Shown here: one piece after another, positions 1 to 12,650 of the stretch
Layout of the letters: the number at the start of each line of letters is the position of its first letter
Position numbering within the stretch: position 1 is the stretch's first letter
Assembly (NCBI RefSeq): GCF_036365525.1
Contig: NC_090401.1
Coordinates: 50,470,771-50,534,770, forward strand
Reading direction: 5' to 3'
Origin: Heterodontus francisci
Lineage: Eukaryota
Length of the DNA stretch: 64,000 nucleotides
The notes under the pieces: generated by a model
What the model was told of the DNA's origin: nothing
What the model saw: the letters and a program-made list of their open reading frames with translations, nothing else
Databases searched by the model: none
Translations under genes and position numbers: made by a program

Positions 1-34
1 AGGCACTGGGCCTTTCAATGCTGCAGCCTCAACA

Positions 35-135
35 TACACCTACCACCCCCCCCCCCCCCCCACACATCCCCCCCTTCCCCCCACAACCCCTCGCCCCAAC
101 ACACACACACACCCCCACCACCCCCCACACCCCCA
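35..135. repeat. C-rich low-complexity tract (G-runs on the minus strand)
   Basis: Multiple C4-C15 runs mixed with CA. Confidence 0.85.
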
Positions 136-1425
136 AAGGCCAATATGCAGCTTTAGACAAATTAAAGCAAGGATTCAACCTGGAACCTTTGTGGCTCGGT
201 GGCAGCAGTGACTACAGTTCAAAGAAGCTCAATGGGAGCGAGTGGGAAGCACTCGGAACATCCTAAGGGATAAAGAGCCGGGATGAACACAAGGGCTCAC
301 GTTCCTTGTCCACAGTGTGCATCACTGAGCCATGAGGCTTGCTTTTGGGGGTAATTTTTAACCCAACACTCCAGTGGTGTAAGAATGAAATTTTAACAGC
401 GACTGATTTGAGTTCTCGAACAGGAGGTAGACTTATCAATAACCAATGGAAAAATAAAATTCACATCAGAAAACCCCATTGTTTAGCCATCAGGTAGAAG
501 CATTGATCAGAACAGATTTGTAGGGTAAAAGCTTGCTTCTCTCAGCCCAGCTCTGGGCTATTTCCAGTAATATTGCCTGAAACTTTCAATCTCCAGCCTG
601 GCCAAGATTTTCTCTCTACCATTCATTTTAATCGGTGGATATTATGACAGTGACACCGATTGGAAAACCCAGGTTACACCCTTCTGTCGAAGGTTAATCG
701 GATCTCAAGTACGTCATGTCAAGATTCAGCCTGAACTTGCCTAAAATCTGAGGCCTACAGGGTTTTTTTTAACCCATCACCTTCATTCCAATTGCTGAAA
801 GCTTTTTTTCCCCCCTGTATCTCTCATGCTAATTCCCTCACCTCCTCTCCCAAAGGTTTTGACACTGGGGCAAGGGGGGTGTTTGGGTGGGGGAGGGGTG
901 GCAGGCGTTCACACAAACCCTCTGTTCCCTCGCCCAAGTGGTCTTCACGCACCCCAGAACCCCTACCCCCCAACCTCCACTCCAGGCGAATTTTGACACA
1001 GATGCCAGAAAGCTATTCTGCCGCCAGCACACTCTGCAGCTCAGCCACTGCCCACTTCCATCAGGTAACAATGAACTCTGACTGGTGCCCACCCCCCCCC
1101 CCCCCTCCTACTCCCCTGCCTGTCTGACCATTCCCACCCACCCAACCCCAGCATCCAAAGGCTCGGAGGTTAAGTGCAGCACTCCCAGCCCATTGGCCAG
1201 TCAGAATCAGCTGATCCAGCGCAGAGCGGGAATGGAAGCATTGCACCAGGTGCCTCCCTGAGCTGTGGGTGGGAGGAGGGAAGGAAGGGGATAAATAGCT
1301 CAGATGCTTGGAAACAAAATCCAGTTGGGGCAGTTTGAAGTTTAGACATTAGGTTATATAAAAGCCTGAGTAATAAACTTCCTCTTCCACTGTCTTGAGG
1401 ACCATTCAATAAATATAATTTCACC

Positions 1426-1427
<2 letters not shown>

Positions 1428-1456
<29 letters not shown>
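1428..1456. repeat. (CA)n microsatellite
   Basis: Perfect CA run of about 14 units. Confidence 0.95.
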
Positions 1457-1458
<2 letters not shown>

Positions 1459-2169
1459 ACAAACAATAATAATCACCCTCACAAAGAGCACCTTCTATAA
1501 AAAGACTGAAAATTGTACATGTAACAGTAACTCTCCTCCCAGAGGGTTTTGGCAGGCAACTCCTCCCCCCACCCTCACACTGGGTGGAATATTGACTGTC
1601 CTCCATACAGTTTAAGTCAGCCCAACTCGAATACGCTGCACGCAATTAAATCACGTTAGAGGAGATTGTCTGACTAGGAACAATGGATCAAGCGGGCTAA
1701 ACCCCAAAAGCCAAGAGGCTATTTGTAGGATGTACATTAAACCCTGTGTTAATAACCCCACCCTCCTTTCCCCTGCCCGCACATCCATTCATACCACCAT
1801 CCAGTCAGGGGAGATACAGATAATTACTGAGGTGATCCTATTTTTGTAACACAATCCTGCCCCAAAACTCAGGAACATTTACAATTTGTGTACCCAACAC
1901 GGCAGCTTCCGATTGTACCTTTCTTCAAAAGAAAACTGGAGCTTTTAAACTCAGGTTGATTGGCACACACAAACAGGAGAGCACTTAAAAGGTGAACCCT
2001 TCCTTTCATAGCAGAACAATCCAATCTCTTGCAAGTCCCATGGTTTCTCAAGATCAGCTTCCATTTTCTTACTCCCTGATAGTTTGTACTTTTTTTTCTC
2101 TCTTTAGAGCTAAGTTGGCTCTAGTAAAAAGAGTTCTGTCTCTCCGCCCTGGCTTGCTTCGATGTGCCT

Positions 2170-2754
2170 TTACAACAGGGTGCACGCGCAGTTGAAGCAT
2201 CCCTTCTGTGAGAACTTCAAGGTGGCCCTGGTGGCAGTTTCGAAAACCTCCCAGACGCCTTCTTTTGTCTTGGCCGAGCATTCTAGGTAATCGTAGGCAC
2301 CAATCATCTCCGCCATGGCCCGGCCCTCTTCCCACCTCACCGGCTCCCTCTTGCTCCTCGCCAGCTCCTTGCGGACCCGCTCGTTGCTCCGCAGGTCCTT
2401 CTTGTTGCCCACCAACACCACTGGCACACCGGGGCAGAAGTGCCTGACCTCGGGCATCCACTTTTCCGGGATGTTGCTCAGGGAGTCAGGGATGTCCACC
2501 GAGAAGCACATCAAGATAACGTCGGTGTCGGGATAGGAGAGAGGCCGCAGGCGGTCGTAGTCCTCTTGTCCGGCTGTGTCCCAAAGTGCCAGTTCTACCA
2601 GCTTCTGGTTCACTTCTATATCGGCCACGTAGGTCTCGAAGACAGTGGGGATGTAGTCTTCAGGGAACTCATCCTTGCTTAACACAAACAACAAACTTGT
2701 TTTACCACAGCCACCATCACCGACCACCACCAGCTTCCTCCTGAGCGTGGACAT
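2170..2754 (-). CDS. Intronless RhoB-like small GTPase, copy 1 (194 aa, C-terminus CFNCACTLL)
   Basis: Intact ORF with G1 GDGGCGKT, switch I YIPTVFE, G3 [23 protein letters not shown]4 NKKD, G5 ECSAK, Rho insert and CaaX. RhoB-type features: [25 protein letters not shown], Cys-rich tail, single coding exon. The likely start is the ATG at 2754 (gtgagcATGt, A at -3). The ORF-track start at 2781 is a TTG. Confidence 0.95.
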   Translation of the reverse strand: MSTLRRKLVVVGDGGCGKTSLLFVLSKDEFPEDYIPTVFETYVADIEVNQKLVELALWDTAGQEDYDRLRPLSYPDTDVILMCFSVDIPDSLSNIPEKWMPEVRHFCPGVPVVLVGNKKDLRSNERVRKELARSKREPVRWEEGRAMAEMIGAYDYLECSAKTKEGVWEVFETATRATLKFSQKGCFNCACTLL

Positions 2755-2859
2755 GCTCACTTCTAAATATACCTGCTCCAATTCCTAATGTGATCACAGC
2801 AGACTCTGTTCAGTCACCCGAGTGTGATGCAGTATTTTGAGTCTCAGCAGCAAGGAGGG

Positions 2860-2995
2860 AAGCTTTTATGAATCAGCACAAAGTTCGACTGCCCAATCAG
2901 GTTTTTCTGGTTCTCTGACTCAGCCTCCGAGCGGAGTGATTGGGCCACTTTCAAGTAGCTGATTGACAGCACTAAAATCCCTCCCTCCCGCCCTC
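2860..2995 (-). promoter_or_regulatory. Putative proximal promoter of RhoB-like copy 1
   Basis: On the minus strand: TATA-like CATAAAA (2864-2870), inverted CCAAT (2893-2897), AP-1/ARE-like TGACTCAGC (2916-2924), CCAAT (2939-2943) and GC box (2984-2993). All lie 110-240 nt upstream of the ATG. Confidence 0.6.
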
Positions 2996-3069
2996 ACGGA
3001 GCACTGAGTTTTAAACTGACTGGGGGCTTTTTATTACTGTTCTGGTACAGCTTTCTTCTGAGCTGATTC

Positions 3070-3420
3070 ATAGCGTCAGACATCACAGAAGGAGGTTATT
3101 CGGTCCATCGTGCCTGTGCCAGCTCTCTGAGAGAGCTATCCCATTCCCCCTACTCTTACCCCATAGCCCTGCAAATGTTGTCCTTCTGTAAGTCGAGTAT
3201 TCTCCAATTCCCTTTTGAAAGTTACTACTGAATCTGCTTCCACCTCCCTTTCAGGCAGCGCGTTCCAGATTCGAATAACTTGCTGTGTAAAAAATTACTC
3301 ATTATCTCTCCGGTGTTTTTTTTTGCCGAATACTTTAACTCTGTGTTCTCAGGTTGCTGACCCTCCTGCCGGTGGAAATGGTTTCTCCCTATTTGCCCGA
3401 CTGAAACCCGTCATAATTCT
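3070..3420 (-). mobile_element. CR1 LINE 3' fragment (old)
   Basis: Matches the 3' ends of the larger CR1 copies in this window (gaatctgcttccacctccctttcaggcagcgcgttccagat). Confidence 0.75.
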
Positions 3421-3581
3421 ATCCCCCTGCTTTGCTGAATGTGCTGATTCTCAGGGCACCATGAGCTGCTTTCCAGTACCGAGTGACCACTCTTCACCCG
3501 TGAGCCTAAGCAGTGGCAATTCAGCAGGCTTTTCGACTGTGAGAGGCAGCACACTGTGGGAGCAAACGACTCGAAAGACAG

Positions 3582-3745
3582 ACGGACTTGCATTTATATA
3601 GCGCCTCAGGTCATCCCAAAGCGTTTTACAGCCAACCAAGTACTTTTTGAGGTGTAGTCACTGTTGTAAGGTCGGAATCACAGCAGCCAATTTGCGCACA
3701 GCAAGCTCCCACAAACAGCAATGCGATAATAACCAGGTATCTGCT
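3582..3745 (-). mobile_element. Deu-domain SINE (SacSINE1-like) 3' fragment
   Basis: gacttgcatttatatagcgcc...gtagtcactgttgtaa...gcagccaatttgcgcacagcaagctcccacaaacagcaatg. Confidence 0.8.
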
Positions 3746-4047
3746 TTTTTTCTATCTCGAGAGTGATCACGACCCATCAGAGTTTGGGTGCTGAGGGCAG
3801 TTATAGCTCATGGCACCCTGAGAATCAGCACGGGCTCAAGTTTGAACCCTGGTCCTGGTCCTGGCCCCGAATGGCTCAGACTCGAAAAATCTTTGCACTT
3901 ACCGTCCAGCCCCGATTCCCTATCCTAATACACAGCTGGGGGAACTGCAACATGAAGGCTACGATTCAGCTGCTTCAAAGTGGTTAACCCTTAACTGTCC
4001 TCTGCGGTCCTCAGTTGTGCTGAACCTCGAGCAACAGCTCAAGAAGA

Positions 4048-4350
4048 GGCGGCACAACACCGCAGCCTCACAGCTCCAGGGACCCGGGTTCAATTCTGGG
4101 TACTTCCTGTGCGGAGTTTGCAAGTTCTCCCTGTGACCGCGTGGGTTTCCGCCGGGTGCTCCGGTTTCCTCCCACAGCCAAAGACTTGCAGGTTGATAGG
4201 TAAATTGGCCATTGTAAATTGCCCCTAGTGTAGGTAGGTGGTAGGGAATATGGGATTACTGTAGGGTTAGTATAAATGGGTGGTTCTTGGTCGGCACAGA
4301 CTCGGTGGGCCGAAGGGCCTGTTTCAGTGCTGTATCTCTATAAAAAAAAA
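4048..4350 (+). mobile_element. V-SINE (HE1-like, tRNA-derived, CR1 tail)
   Basis: B-box ggttcaattc, V-core ggagtttgcaagttctccctgtg...gggtgctccggtttcctcccac, CR1-like tail gggccgaagggcctgtttcagtgctgtatctcta, then poly(A). Confidence 0.9.
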
Positions 4351-6234
4351 TTTTTTTAAAAGATGGCCCCGCACCGCCTTCTCACGGGCAACTAGGAAAT
4401 GGGCAATAAATACCAGCTTTGCCACCTCCTGTGAATGAATTTTTAAAAATACCAGGCGGGAGGTGTAATGGGCAAACAGTACAATACTGCCTGTTTTATG
4501 CCACTGTCCAAGGTGGATTTCTACCAAGATTGTGACAAAAACTGCTGGAAACACTCATCTGTGCAGAGACAGAAATACAGAGTTAATGGTCACGATATGC
4601 ACTGGAGTAGGGTTTTGGAACGGGGGTGGAGTTACAGTCTAGAGATTCAGAAATGCACGTCCATGGCACGTGCGGTTTTTTTTTAAACAGATTCCTCACC
4701 CGGAAGCCAGTCTCGCTGGCAGGTTTGGCTCCCCATCAGGCAGGAAATACTCCAGAAAAGGCGGCAGCCCAGGAACAAGTAGTTTATTGGTTGTTGGGTG
4801 GGGTAGAGATGGTGGGGCGGGGGGTGGGGGCGGGGGAAATGGGGGAGAGATCAGAGGTGGGGAGTTGGTCGAGGGACAGTAGGTTATCACAGGTTGGGGA
4901 AGAGCCGGAGATCGCGGGGGTCAGGGTGGAGATCATGGAGGTGGAGTGGGCAGTTCCCAGCATAAGCTTGTTGGACCTGGGGGAAGCAGACCTGTTCCTC
5001 CCAGTGCTGTAAAGGCTGACGGATCTGCCCCTCCTCCCCTCCTTTTAGCTGCTGGCTTTCCTGAGGCCTGGGAAACTAGGCCCAGGTGAGTAAAAAATTA
5101 GAAGTCTTTCTAAAATGGAGGCAGGTTGGCTCCCTAAAAGCTTTCAGTGACTGACCCACCTCATGAGAGCAGGTTGGTCATTCTCCCCTCGTCCCACCTC
5201 TGTTAAAACTGAAAGTAGGCAGGGCGGGTTCCTGTTTGAGATTTTTACCATTTTAACCTCCCGCCCGAAACCAAACCCGGTTACCGCAGTTGAAATGACC
5301 CCCAATTTTTCAGGCCAATGACCTCTCGTGTGTTTATGGATATCCGCAGAGGGGGGACATGCCCACCATGGTGGAATAGTCAGTCGGCACTGACTGTCGA
5401 GGCTGGCACACCTCATTTAGGGTGAGGTGCCAGCTTAGTATTTCCGGGAGAGGAACGGCAATGAGACAATGAGAAAGGCAAATAAAACAGTCTTTGACAG
5501 GCACTTTCTTGCTTAATGAGGTGGGCACGGAGGACTTTATGGTGCCATATGACAGAGAGTTGCCCCAGAGTCCTCCCTTTAACCAGAACTGCCAAACAAA
5601 CCATTTAAATTTGCTGTTTGTAGGATCACACTGTGTGGAAATTGTCTGCCCATATAACCAACAATGACTATACCTATACAGAAATAAAATGAATTCCTTG
5701 ACATATGGTGAGTTCTGAGGCTGTGATAAAGCGATGCAGTGAGTAGCTGGGAGGGACAGCCGGACTGTAATATTTCTGATTGCAGACAGAAATAGTCGAA
5801 ATGAGGCCCTTATCAATCTTTTATCACCTGACTGCTCTTTGTTTCGAGTGAAGGCACAGCATCAAGATCTCAAGGATAAAAATTTCACCAAATTTCACAA
5901 TAGTCAATTAATATCTTGTCTATTCCCACGATTTCTTTGGTGTTTAATTTCTTTCTTTTTCAATCTTAGCTTAATGAAACAAAAAATCCTTGCTTTAAAA
6001 TCCTGGGTTAAGATGTCAGATGGTCTCGCGTTCATACTGATCTTACACCACAAGATGGCACAGCTGAGTCATTTTTCCATTTGATGTCACAGAAGCTCCC
6101 CCAGAATCTACTGAGCAGCTCATCCATCCCCTTTCGGTTTTTAACTGTTTTGAGTGCAATTAGAAGTAAATTTTTTAATGATTCAGAAACCATAGGCCAG
6201 TTTGATGTGTTTATTGCTTTTGTTTCCGTCTTTT

Positions 6235-6565
6235 TGTAATCCTTGTTTTCAAATCTCTCCATGGCCTCTCTCCTCCCTCCCTATCTCTGTAACCTCCTCC
6301 AGCCCTACAACCCTCCAAGATATCTGAACTCTTCCAATTCTGGCCTCTTGAGCACCCCTGGTTCTAATCACTCCACTATTGGCAGCCATGCCTTTAGCTG
6401 CCTGAGCTCCAAGCTCTGGAATTCCCTCCCTACACAACTCCGCCTCTCTACCTCTCTCTCCTCCTCTAAAGTTGCTCCCTAAAACCTACCTCTTTGACCA
6501 AGCGTTCGGCCACCTGTCCTAATATCTCCTTATGTGGCTTAGTGTCAAATTTTGTCTGATAACAC
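6235..6565 (+). mobile_element. L2-like LINE 3' fragment
   Basis: Residual PPYLCNLLQPYNPPR..SSNSGLL..AFSCL..KLWNSLP frame, followed by aaaacctacctctttgaccaag 3' UTR. Confidence 0.75.
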
Positions 6566-7792
6566 AACAGCAAATGTGCCATTGGAGGCAACCATGTAAT
6601 ATAACCAGCCCAGCATCAGTGCTGTTGGATTCCCCCCCAGATGGGATGAATTTGTGGGGAGATAAACAGCTGGTCTTGGAAGTCTTTGTGTTAGCTGTGT
6701 TATCTTTGCTCTGGCTGACTGATCTGCGCTTTCACCGTCGTTGGTCTGTTCGCATCAAGTCCCTGAGCCCGGGCAGTGCCCCCACCACAATGACAAACCC
6801 GCAGGCACAGTGTTGCACCAATAGTGAGGTTATCCTGCTATTTGCGGAATCCACATTACAGTATAAACGGGGCAGATGTGGCCGAAACAGGAGCCAGCAT
6901 AATATAAGTGGGATGTGATGAACACCTGCTCTTTGGTTGCATGTAGTTGGCACATAGCTCAGGTCCCCGTCCGAATGTCAATACTGAGTCAGTCACTGCA
7001 GTGGAAATGTACTGGAGCTAGTGATGAGGCAACTCACAATAATCTGTATGTGATTAGCCAGTCAGTAATCAGACTCATTTTATCTTATCAGATATCCTCC
7101 TCATAGCATCCTGAGTTTATTCCACCAGAGGGAAAGAGTTATAATAGGTGTTATTTAACCCTTCAAAAGTACTTCATTGTCTGTGAAATGTTTAGGGACA
7201 TCATGAGGTTGAGAAAGGCGCTATATAAATGCATTTTCCTTCTTATTTCTTCCTATCGATCTGCTATTTCTGGAATCCTCTTGCTTTGCTGAATTTTATA
7301 ACCAGTGAGAACACAATAAAAGCAGTGATTGAGAGAAACATGAGGGAAGAGATTCAGACACTAAACTTGTAATCTCTGTTATCTCTCCAAGAAAATGTTC
7401 CTGTAAAAGACATTCACACAGACAGTAAGAGAACAACGAATGTGGGGAAACGTGGTCTATTCCTTATTTTGTATCAATATGCAAAGATAGGTTGTACTGA
7501 TTGAACAAAGTGAATCTAGTTATAACTGCTGCTCTATATGATCACTCGGGGACATACAGAAGCTTTAACAGTTTGTCTCATGGCACAAATTTTGCCTTGG
7601 CCTGCCTTCAGAGAGATTGAAGAAACACACGAATATCTGGTCTGGAAGACGAGGTGTTGTGACTGTTATATCGTTGAGTCATGTACAAGTAGATAGGGAC
7701 AGTGCAGGGCAGCTCCCATACCACTTACATGGCACTGAAACAATGAATTTATAACAATGCCCTTTGTAGTTAAATGGCCTTCCAACCTGAAA

Positions 7793-8244
7793 ACAGACTT
7801 GCATTTATATAGCGTTTTTCATGACCACAGGATGTCCCAAAGTGCTCAACAGCCAATGGAGTACTTTTGATGTGTCATCCTTGTTGTAATGTAGGAAATT
7901 CAGCAGCCAATTTGTACACAGCAAGCTCCCATAAACAGCAATGTGATAACTACCAGATAATCTGTTCTTTAGTGTGGGTTGAGGGTTAAATGTTGATCAG
8001 TTCACTAGGGATAACCCCCCCCCTGCTCTTCAAAATCATGTCATGGGATCTTTGACATCCACCCATGAGGGCAGACTGGGCCTCAGTTTAATGTCTCAAC
8101 TGAAAGACAGCACCTCCCTCAATACAGCACTGGAGCATCATCCTAGATTTTTTCTTTCAACACTCAAGACGCTAGAGTGGGAGTTGAGCCCACATCTTTC
8201 TGATTCAGAGGTGATAGCACTACAAACTGAGCTACAGCTGACAC
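7793..8244 (-). mobile_element. Deu-domain SINE, near full length
   Basis: tRNA-like head, Deu core and 3' tail, colinear with the other copies. Confidence 0.85.
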
Positions 8245-10924
8245 ACTACACTGACTCAACTCACACAGGAGGAACGAGGGACTGTAGGATTGCAGGCACC
8301 CATGGAACTGAATCCCAGCAGGAGGCAACGTGTTCAGGAGAGGAGGGAGATTTCAATGCTGGGCCATGACGTTTAGACTTGACTTTACTTGTATTTTAGC
8401 ACACGTGGTGTATCATAGAATGATACAGTACAGAAGGAGGCCATTCGGCCTATCATCCCAGTATGATGCTGGCTCTATGATCTGTAATATTATATCCCTG
8501 TTTTCAATCTCACATTGATGATTCCTCTTGGTCCTGGTTTATTCGAGGAAATTCTACCAGCCGCAGGTGGCATTCAGCCCATGGAATTAATTCACCTTTG
8601 GCTCAATTACACAACACACCCTCTTTTGTTTATACAGGAAGGTACTGTTTATTCCTCGGTTGCCTGGGGGATTATTGAACTTTACAATCGGGTGCATGCA
8701 GTGTGCTGGCATGTGACTTGTTTTCTGGCAATAGGCTGCTTTGGTTCCTCTTCGGCAACTCTTAAGGGCCGATGAGGTGATATGAAACCCTACATATAGT
8801 AATAAACTGGAGATAAGCAAAATTCGCAGATAATTTGGTTCTTTTACCTTATGTTAAGCGACCCTGGGGTAGATTTGTGTCCAACGTCTGTGCTATTAAT
8901 CCGGTGAGGCAGATTGCCAACACTTTATGGAACCCACCTCATGTTTTCATGGTTGACCCAATGGAACAGGGAGATGTCCCGATATCCTGTCCAACATTCA
9001 ACCAATCCCACCAAAAACAGGTTAACCAGTCATTCATCTCATTTTCTGGCTGTGGGAGTTTGCTGCGTGCAAATCGGCTGACACGTTTGCCAATGTCACA
9101 ATATTGATGGTACTTTGAAAGGATTTGATTGGTTGTAAAGTGCTCTGAGAGGATATCATAAGGCTCTGTGCAAATCACAGCTCCTGTCTTTCTGATTCTC
9201 GTCCCAACAGCTTTCGAACTTAATGTAACGGAACTATGTCAATTAACTTGTGAAAATCGTAAATAAAATTTCACATATCCACTCTGCCCTTGGTTTGGAC
9301 TTCATCCCAATTTATTTTAGTTTGGACATTGTGTCCTAGCCAATATTTATCCCTCATCCAATACCACTAAAAATGTGGCTGACTCTTAAGGGCTCTCTAA
9401 AATGACCCAGCAAGCCATTCAGTTGTCAAGTAGATGGCTCATCACCACCTTCTCAAGGGCAATTAGTGATGCCCTTGCCAGTGATACCCACATCCTGAGA
9501 ATGAATAAAAAAAGAAATAAAAACAGATGATGTGGTGATTATTGTGCTACTGTTGTGTGTGATGTTGCTGTGCTGCCGTGTCTCCTACAACACTGACTGC
9601 ATCTCAGAAGTACTTCATTGACTGTAACGCACTTTGGGACATCCTGATGTCATGAATGACGCAAATTCCTTCTTTCTTTCTCTTGGAAATGAGGCACAGA
9701 CGCCCCCAGTGCTATCCTCATCCAATGTGCACACATGGATATGTCCAGTGGGGGTGAGTAGGGGGCAGAGGTCACTGCACAGTAATTTGGTCCCAATCAT
9801 GCACCCTCCAAAACCCACCAGTGTATAGACCTTTGATCTGCTCCTCCCATAAGTTTTTCAGGGTTACTGTGTTAACAAACCCACCCAATGTACAGATCAG
9901 CCAACCTGAGAATATTTCTATACAGAAACTGGAACAGGCCATTCAGCCCCTCGAGCCTATTCCCCAGTCAAAAGAAAGACATGTACCTTTCACAACTTCA
10001 GTACATCCCAACACATTTTACAAACAATTAAGCACTTTTTGAAGTGTAAAAATACAGCAGCCAGTTTGTGCCGAGCAAGCTCCAGCAAACAACAACACAA
10101 TAACGACCAGATCAGCTGTTTCAGTGATGTTGGTAGACGGATGGATATTAAAACGGAGCATTACAAATTTCGGAGAAAACACTCACAGTACCAGTAAACC
10201 CAAGAGCAAAGGGAAGATAGACAGACAAAGGGTTAAAAGGAAAAATTGCAAAACAGCAGAACTCCGAGTTAAGATGCAAAGAAAATGCAGGCAAACGCAG
10301 AGCAGGGCATTCAGCTTCTGGAAAGACACAAGGTGGGTGAACATTTTGGGCGGGGTCTCGGATAGAGGAAGGTAAAGAAGATTGAACAGCTTAAAAGATT
10401 CCGTCCTCTTCGAAGTCATCTTCAGCCTGTTGATACCAGGCCAGTACGCTCAGTGTCTGCAGACACAAGGAGCTTGTTTGATATATATATATTTTTTAAT
10501 TGATTGGGGTGGGACAGCAGTCAGTTTTTAACTAGTCTGGCCTGCATTGATAAATTTTATCAGTGGCTCTTAAAAAGTTGTCAGTGATATTGGAGAAGCA
10601 TGGCCAGAGCACTGAGCTGACACTGGCTGAATGTAGACAGAGGCCTGCTTTGTTTAAGAGTGAAAGCATGGTCCAGACTGAAGAGGGGAATCAGCTGCTC
10701 TTTTTCAACTCGAAACTGATGGACTAAATATAGCAGCCAATCGTAGGAAGGAGAGCTTTTATTGTAACTCACTATATCCTGTTTGTACAATGGCAATTTC
10801 ATCAGGGTGGAAAACACACAAGTTGATGTCATCTCCACAGGCAGGAACCAGCTTGCCAGGATTTTCACGTGAAACGCTAAGTTATTTGACACCTCTCACT
10901 GGCAGCAAACCAGCTGAATTATAG

Positions 10925-11320
10925 CAACAGGAAATTCAGCCCCTCGAGCCTGTTCCTTCATTCAAGTAGATCATGGCTGATCTGTATCTTCACTCCATTG
11001 ACGCGCCTTAATTCTGTAACCCTTAATACTCTTGCTTAACAAAGATCTATCAATTTCAGTTTTGAAATGTTCGATTGACCCCAGCCTCAACAGCACTTTT
11101 TGGGGGAGAGAGTTCCAGATTTACACTGCCCTTTGTATGAAGAAGTGCTTCCCCACATCACCCCTGAATGGGCCGAGCTCTAATTTTAAGGCTATGCCTC
11201 TTTGTTATGGATTTCCACTCCCCCATCCTCAATGAGATGAAATGGTTTCTCTCTATCTACCCTATCAAACCCTTTAAACACCTCAATTGGATCACCCCTT
11301 AATCATCTATACTCAAAGGT
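10925..11320 (-). mobile_element. CR1 LINE 3' fragment
   Basis: ttcagcccctcgagcctgtt...gatcatggctgatctg...gagagttccagatt...gaagaagtgcttcc. Confidence 0.75.
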
Positions 11321-12329
11321 ATCAAATGTGGTCCAGCTCCCCCTTTCCCCACTGTGAACAATGGAATTAAGTCAGACCCAAGACTCGAGGTCCTTTCTGC
11401 ATATGGACTCTAGTTTTGGTTCCGGCTGTGGGAGGCCAGTGTTTGTGTCCCAAACCTTCTTGTGTTTCTGCTGACTGAGTCGCAGGGGCAAAAGAATTCT
11501 GACAGAGGAACGTCCTTCTTTTATCATCGTGTTGTGCACTTTTCCTGGTTAAGGAGCTGGAGATGTCTTGGTCGTGCGTGTGGGGAGGCTGGTTGTACCA
11601 AAGTATGTCTGCTACCTGCAGGTTTCCTGATGCTACAGTGCATTCTGAGTGACTTCAAATACCGCACTTAAAAAAGTTAAATTATCCACTACTTTGAAAC
11701 AGTGTAAATAGCACAGCAAACTGCTTAAAAAAATGAAATATGTAATTGTTTGAGTCAAAGGACTTTGTATGAATTGTTTCATGCTCCTGAAATGCTCCTC
11801 ATTCTTTGCTGCCTTTTTCTCCTTTCTGAACTTTCTGTTCAGCCTTGTCTATTTGCCCAAAAGGCAAAATCTTAGAAAAAAGCAAAAATTACCGACTGTT
11901 CTTTGGAACAAGCAGTGACTGTCCTTCACCCAACAGGAAGCAGTATTATCTAACCGCCTCTCTCATCTTCTCTCTCAATGTTTCTTTCAGAGGCTAATTT
12001 GTGCTCATTTCCTGATCTGTTATTTCTGTTATTTTCTCTTTCATTCAAAGTAAGCGCTGGGCATAATATGCGATGATAATGGGCATGATCCTGCTGCAGC
12101 TGCTAACTAAGGGCAATGTGTGCTGCTGTCATTGGCTGCAAGGGGAAAGCCACTGGAAGCTGGTCTTTCTGTGCCACAGCGGGCACTGCCTTCTCCTTAT
12201 TGCCAAGGAGCTCCTAATTATAACCCAGACTCTTCCCTTCTTGGCACAGGGCTCCATCCCCTTTCCTGCATGATATTTTCAACGCTACTACTGGCCTCAG
12301 GGTCTTGCAGTAGACAAAGGATTCTCCGT

Positions 12330-12650
12330 TTGCTCACCATGGCTGAGAAAGTCATCAGTTCAAGTTCCAGTCCAGAGACTTGAGCACAAGTTCTAGGCTG
12401 ACGCTCCCAGACCCGGTACCACGGGAGCGCTGGCCTATGTTGGAGAGGCATTTATATTCATCAAATCAACCAATATCTTTAAAGCAGGTGATCTGGCCAT
12501 TTATTTCATTGCTGTTTGTGGGATCTTGCTGTGCACAAATTGGCTCCCACATTTGCTACTTTACAACCGTGACTACACTTCAAAAGGACTTCATTGGTTG
12601 CAAAGCATGTAAGCACATCCTCTGGTCATGAAAGGCGCCATATAAACTTG
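12330..12650 (+). mobile_element. Deu-domain SINE, internally deleted
   Basis: ccagagacttgagcaca...ttgctgtttgtgggatcttgctgtgcacaaattggct...gaaaggcgccatataaa. Confidence 0.75.

Noticed and set aside
18-1250. Proline-rich ORFs near the window start
   Set aside because: Artefacts of poly-C low-complexity tracts.
2069-2682. Overlapping and antisense ORFs repeated at both Rho loci
   Set aside because: These are shadows of GC-rich, near-identical coding sequence, with no independent protein features.
2755-2781. 9-aa N-terminal extension of RhoB-like copy 1 in the ORF track
   Set aside because: It starts at TTG. The ATG at 2754 has a good Kozak context and gives the same length as copy 2 and standard Rho numbering.
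4620-5305. GC-rich segment resembling another MITE
   Set aside because: I could not identify matching TIRs or a TSD with confidence.
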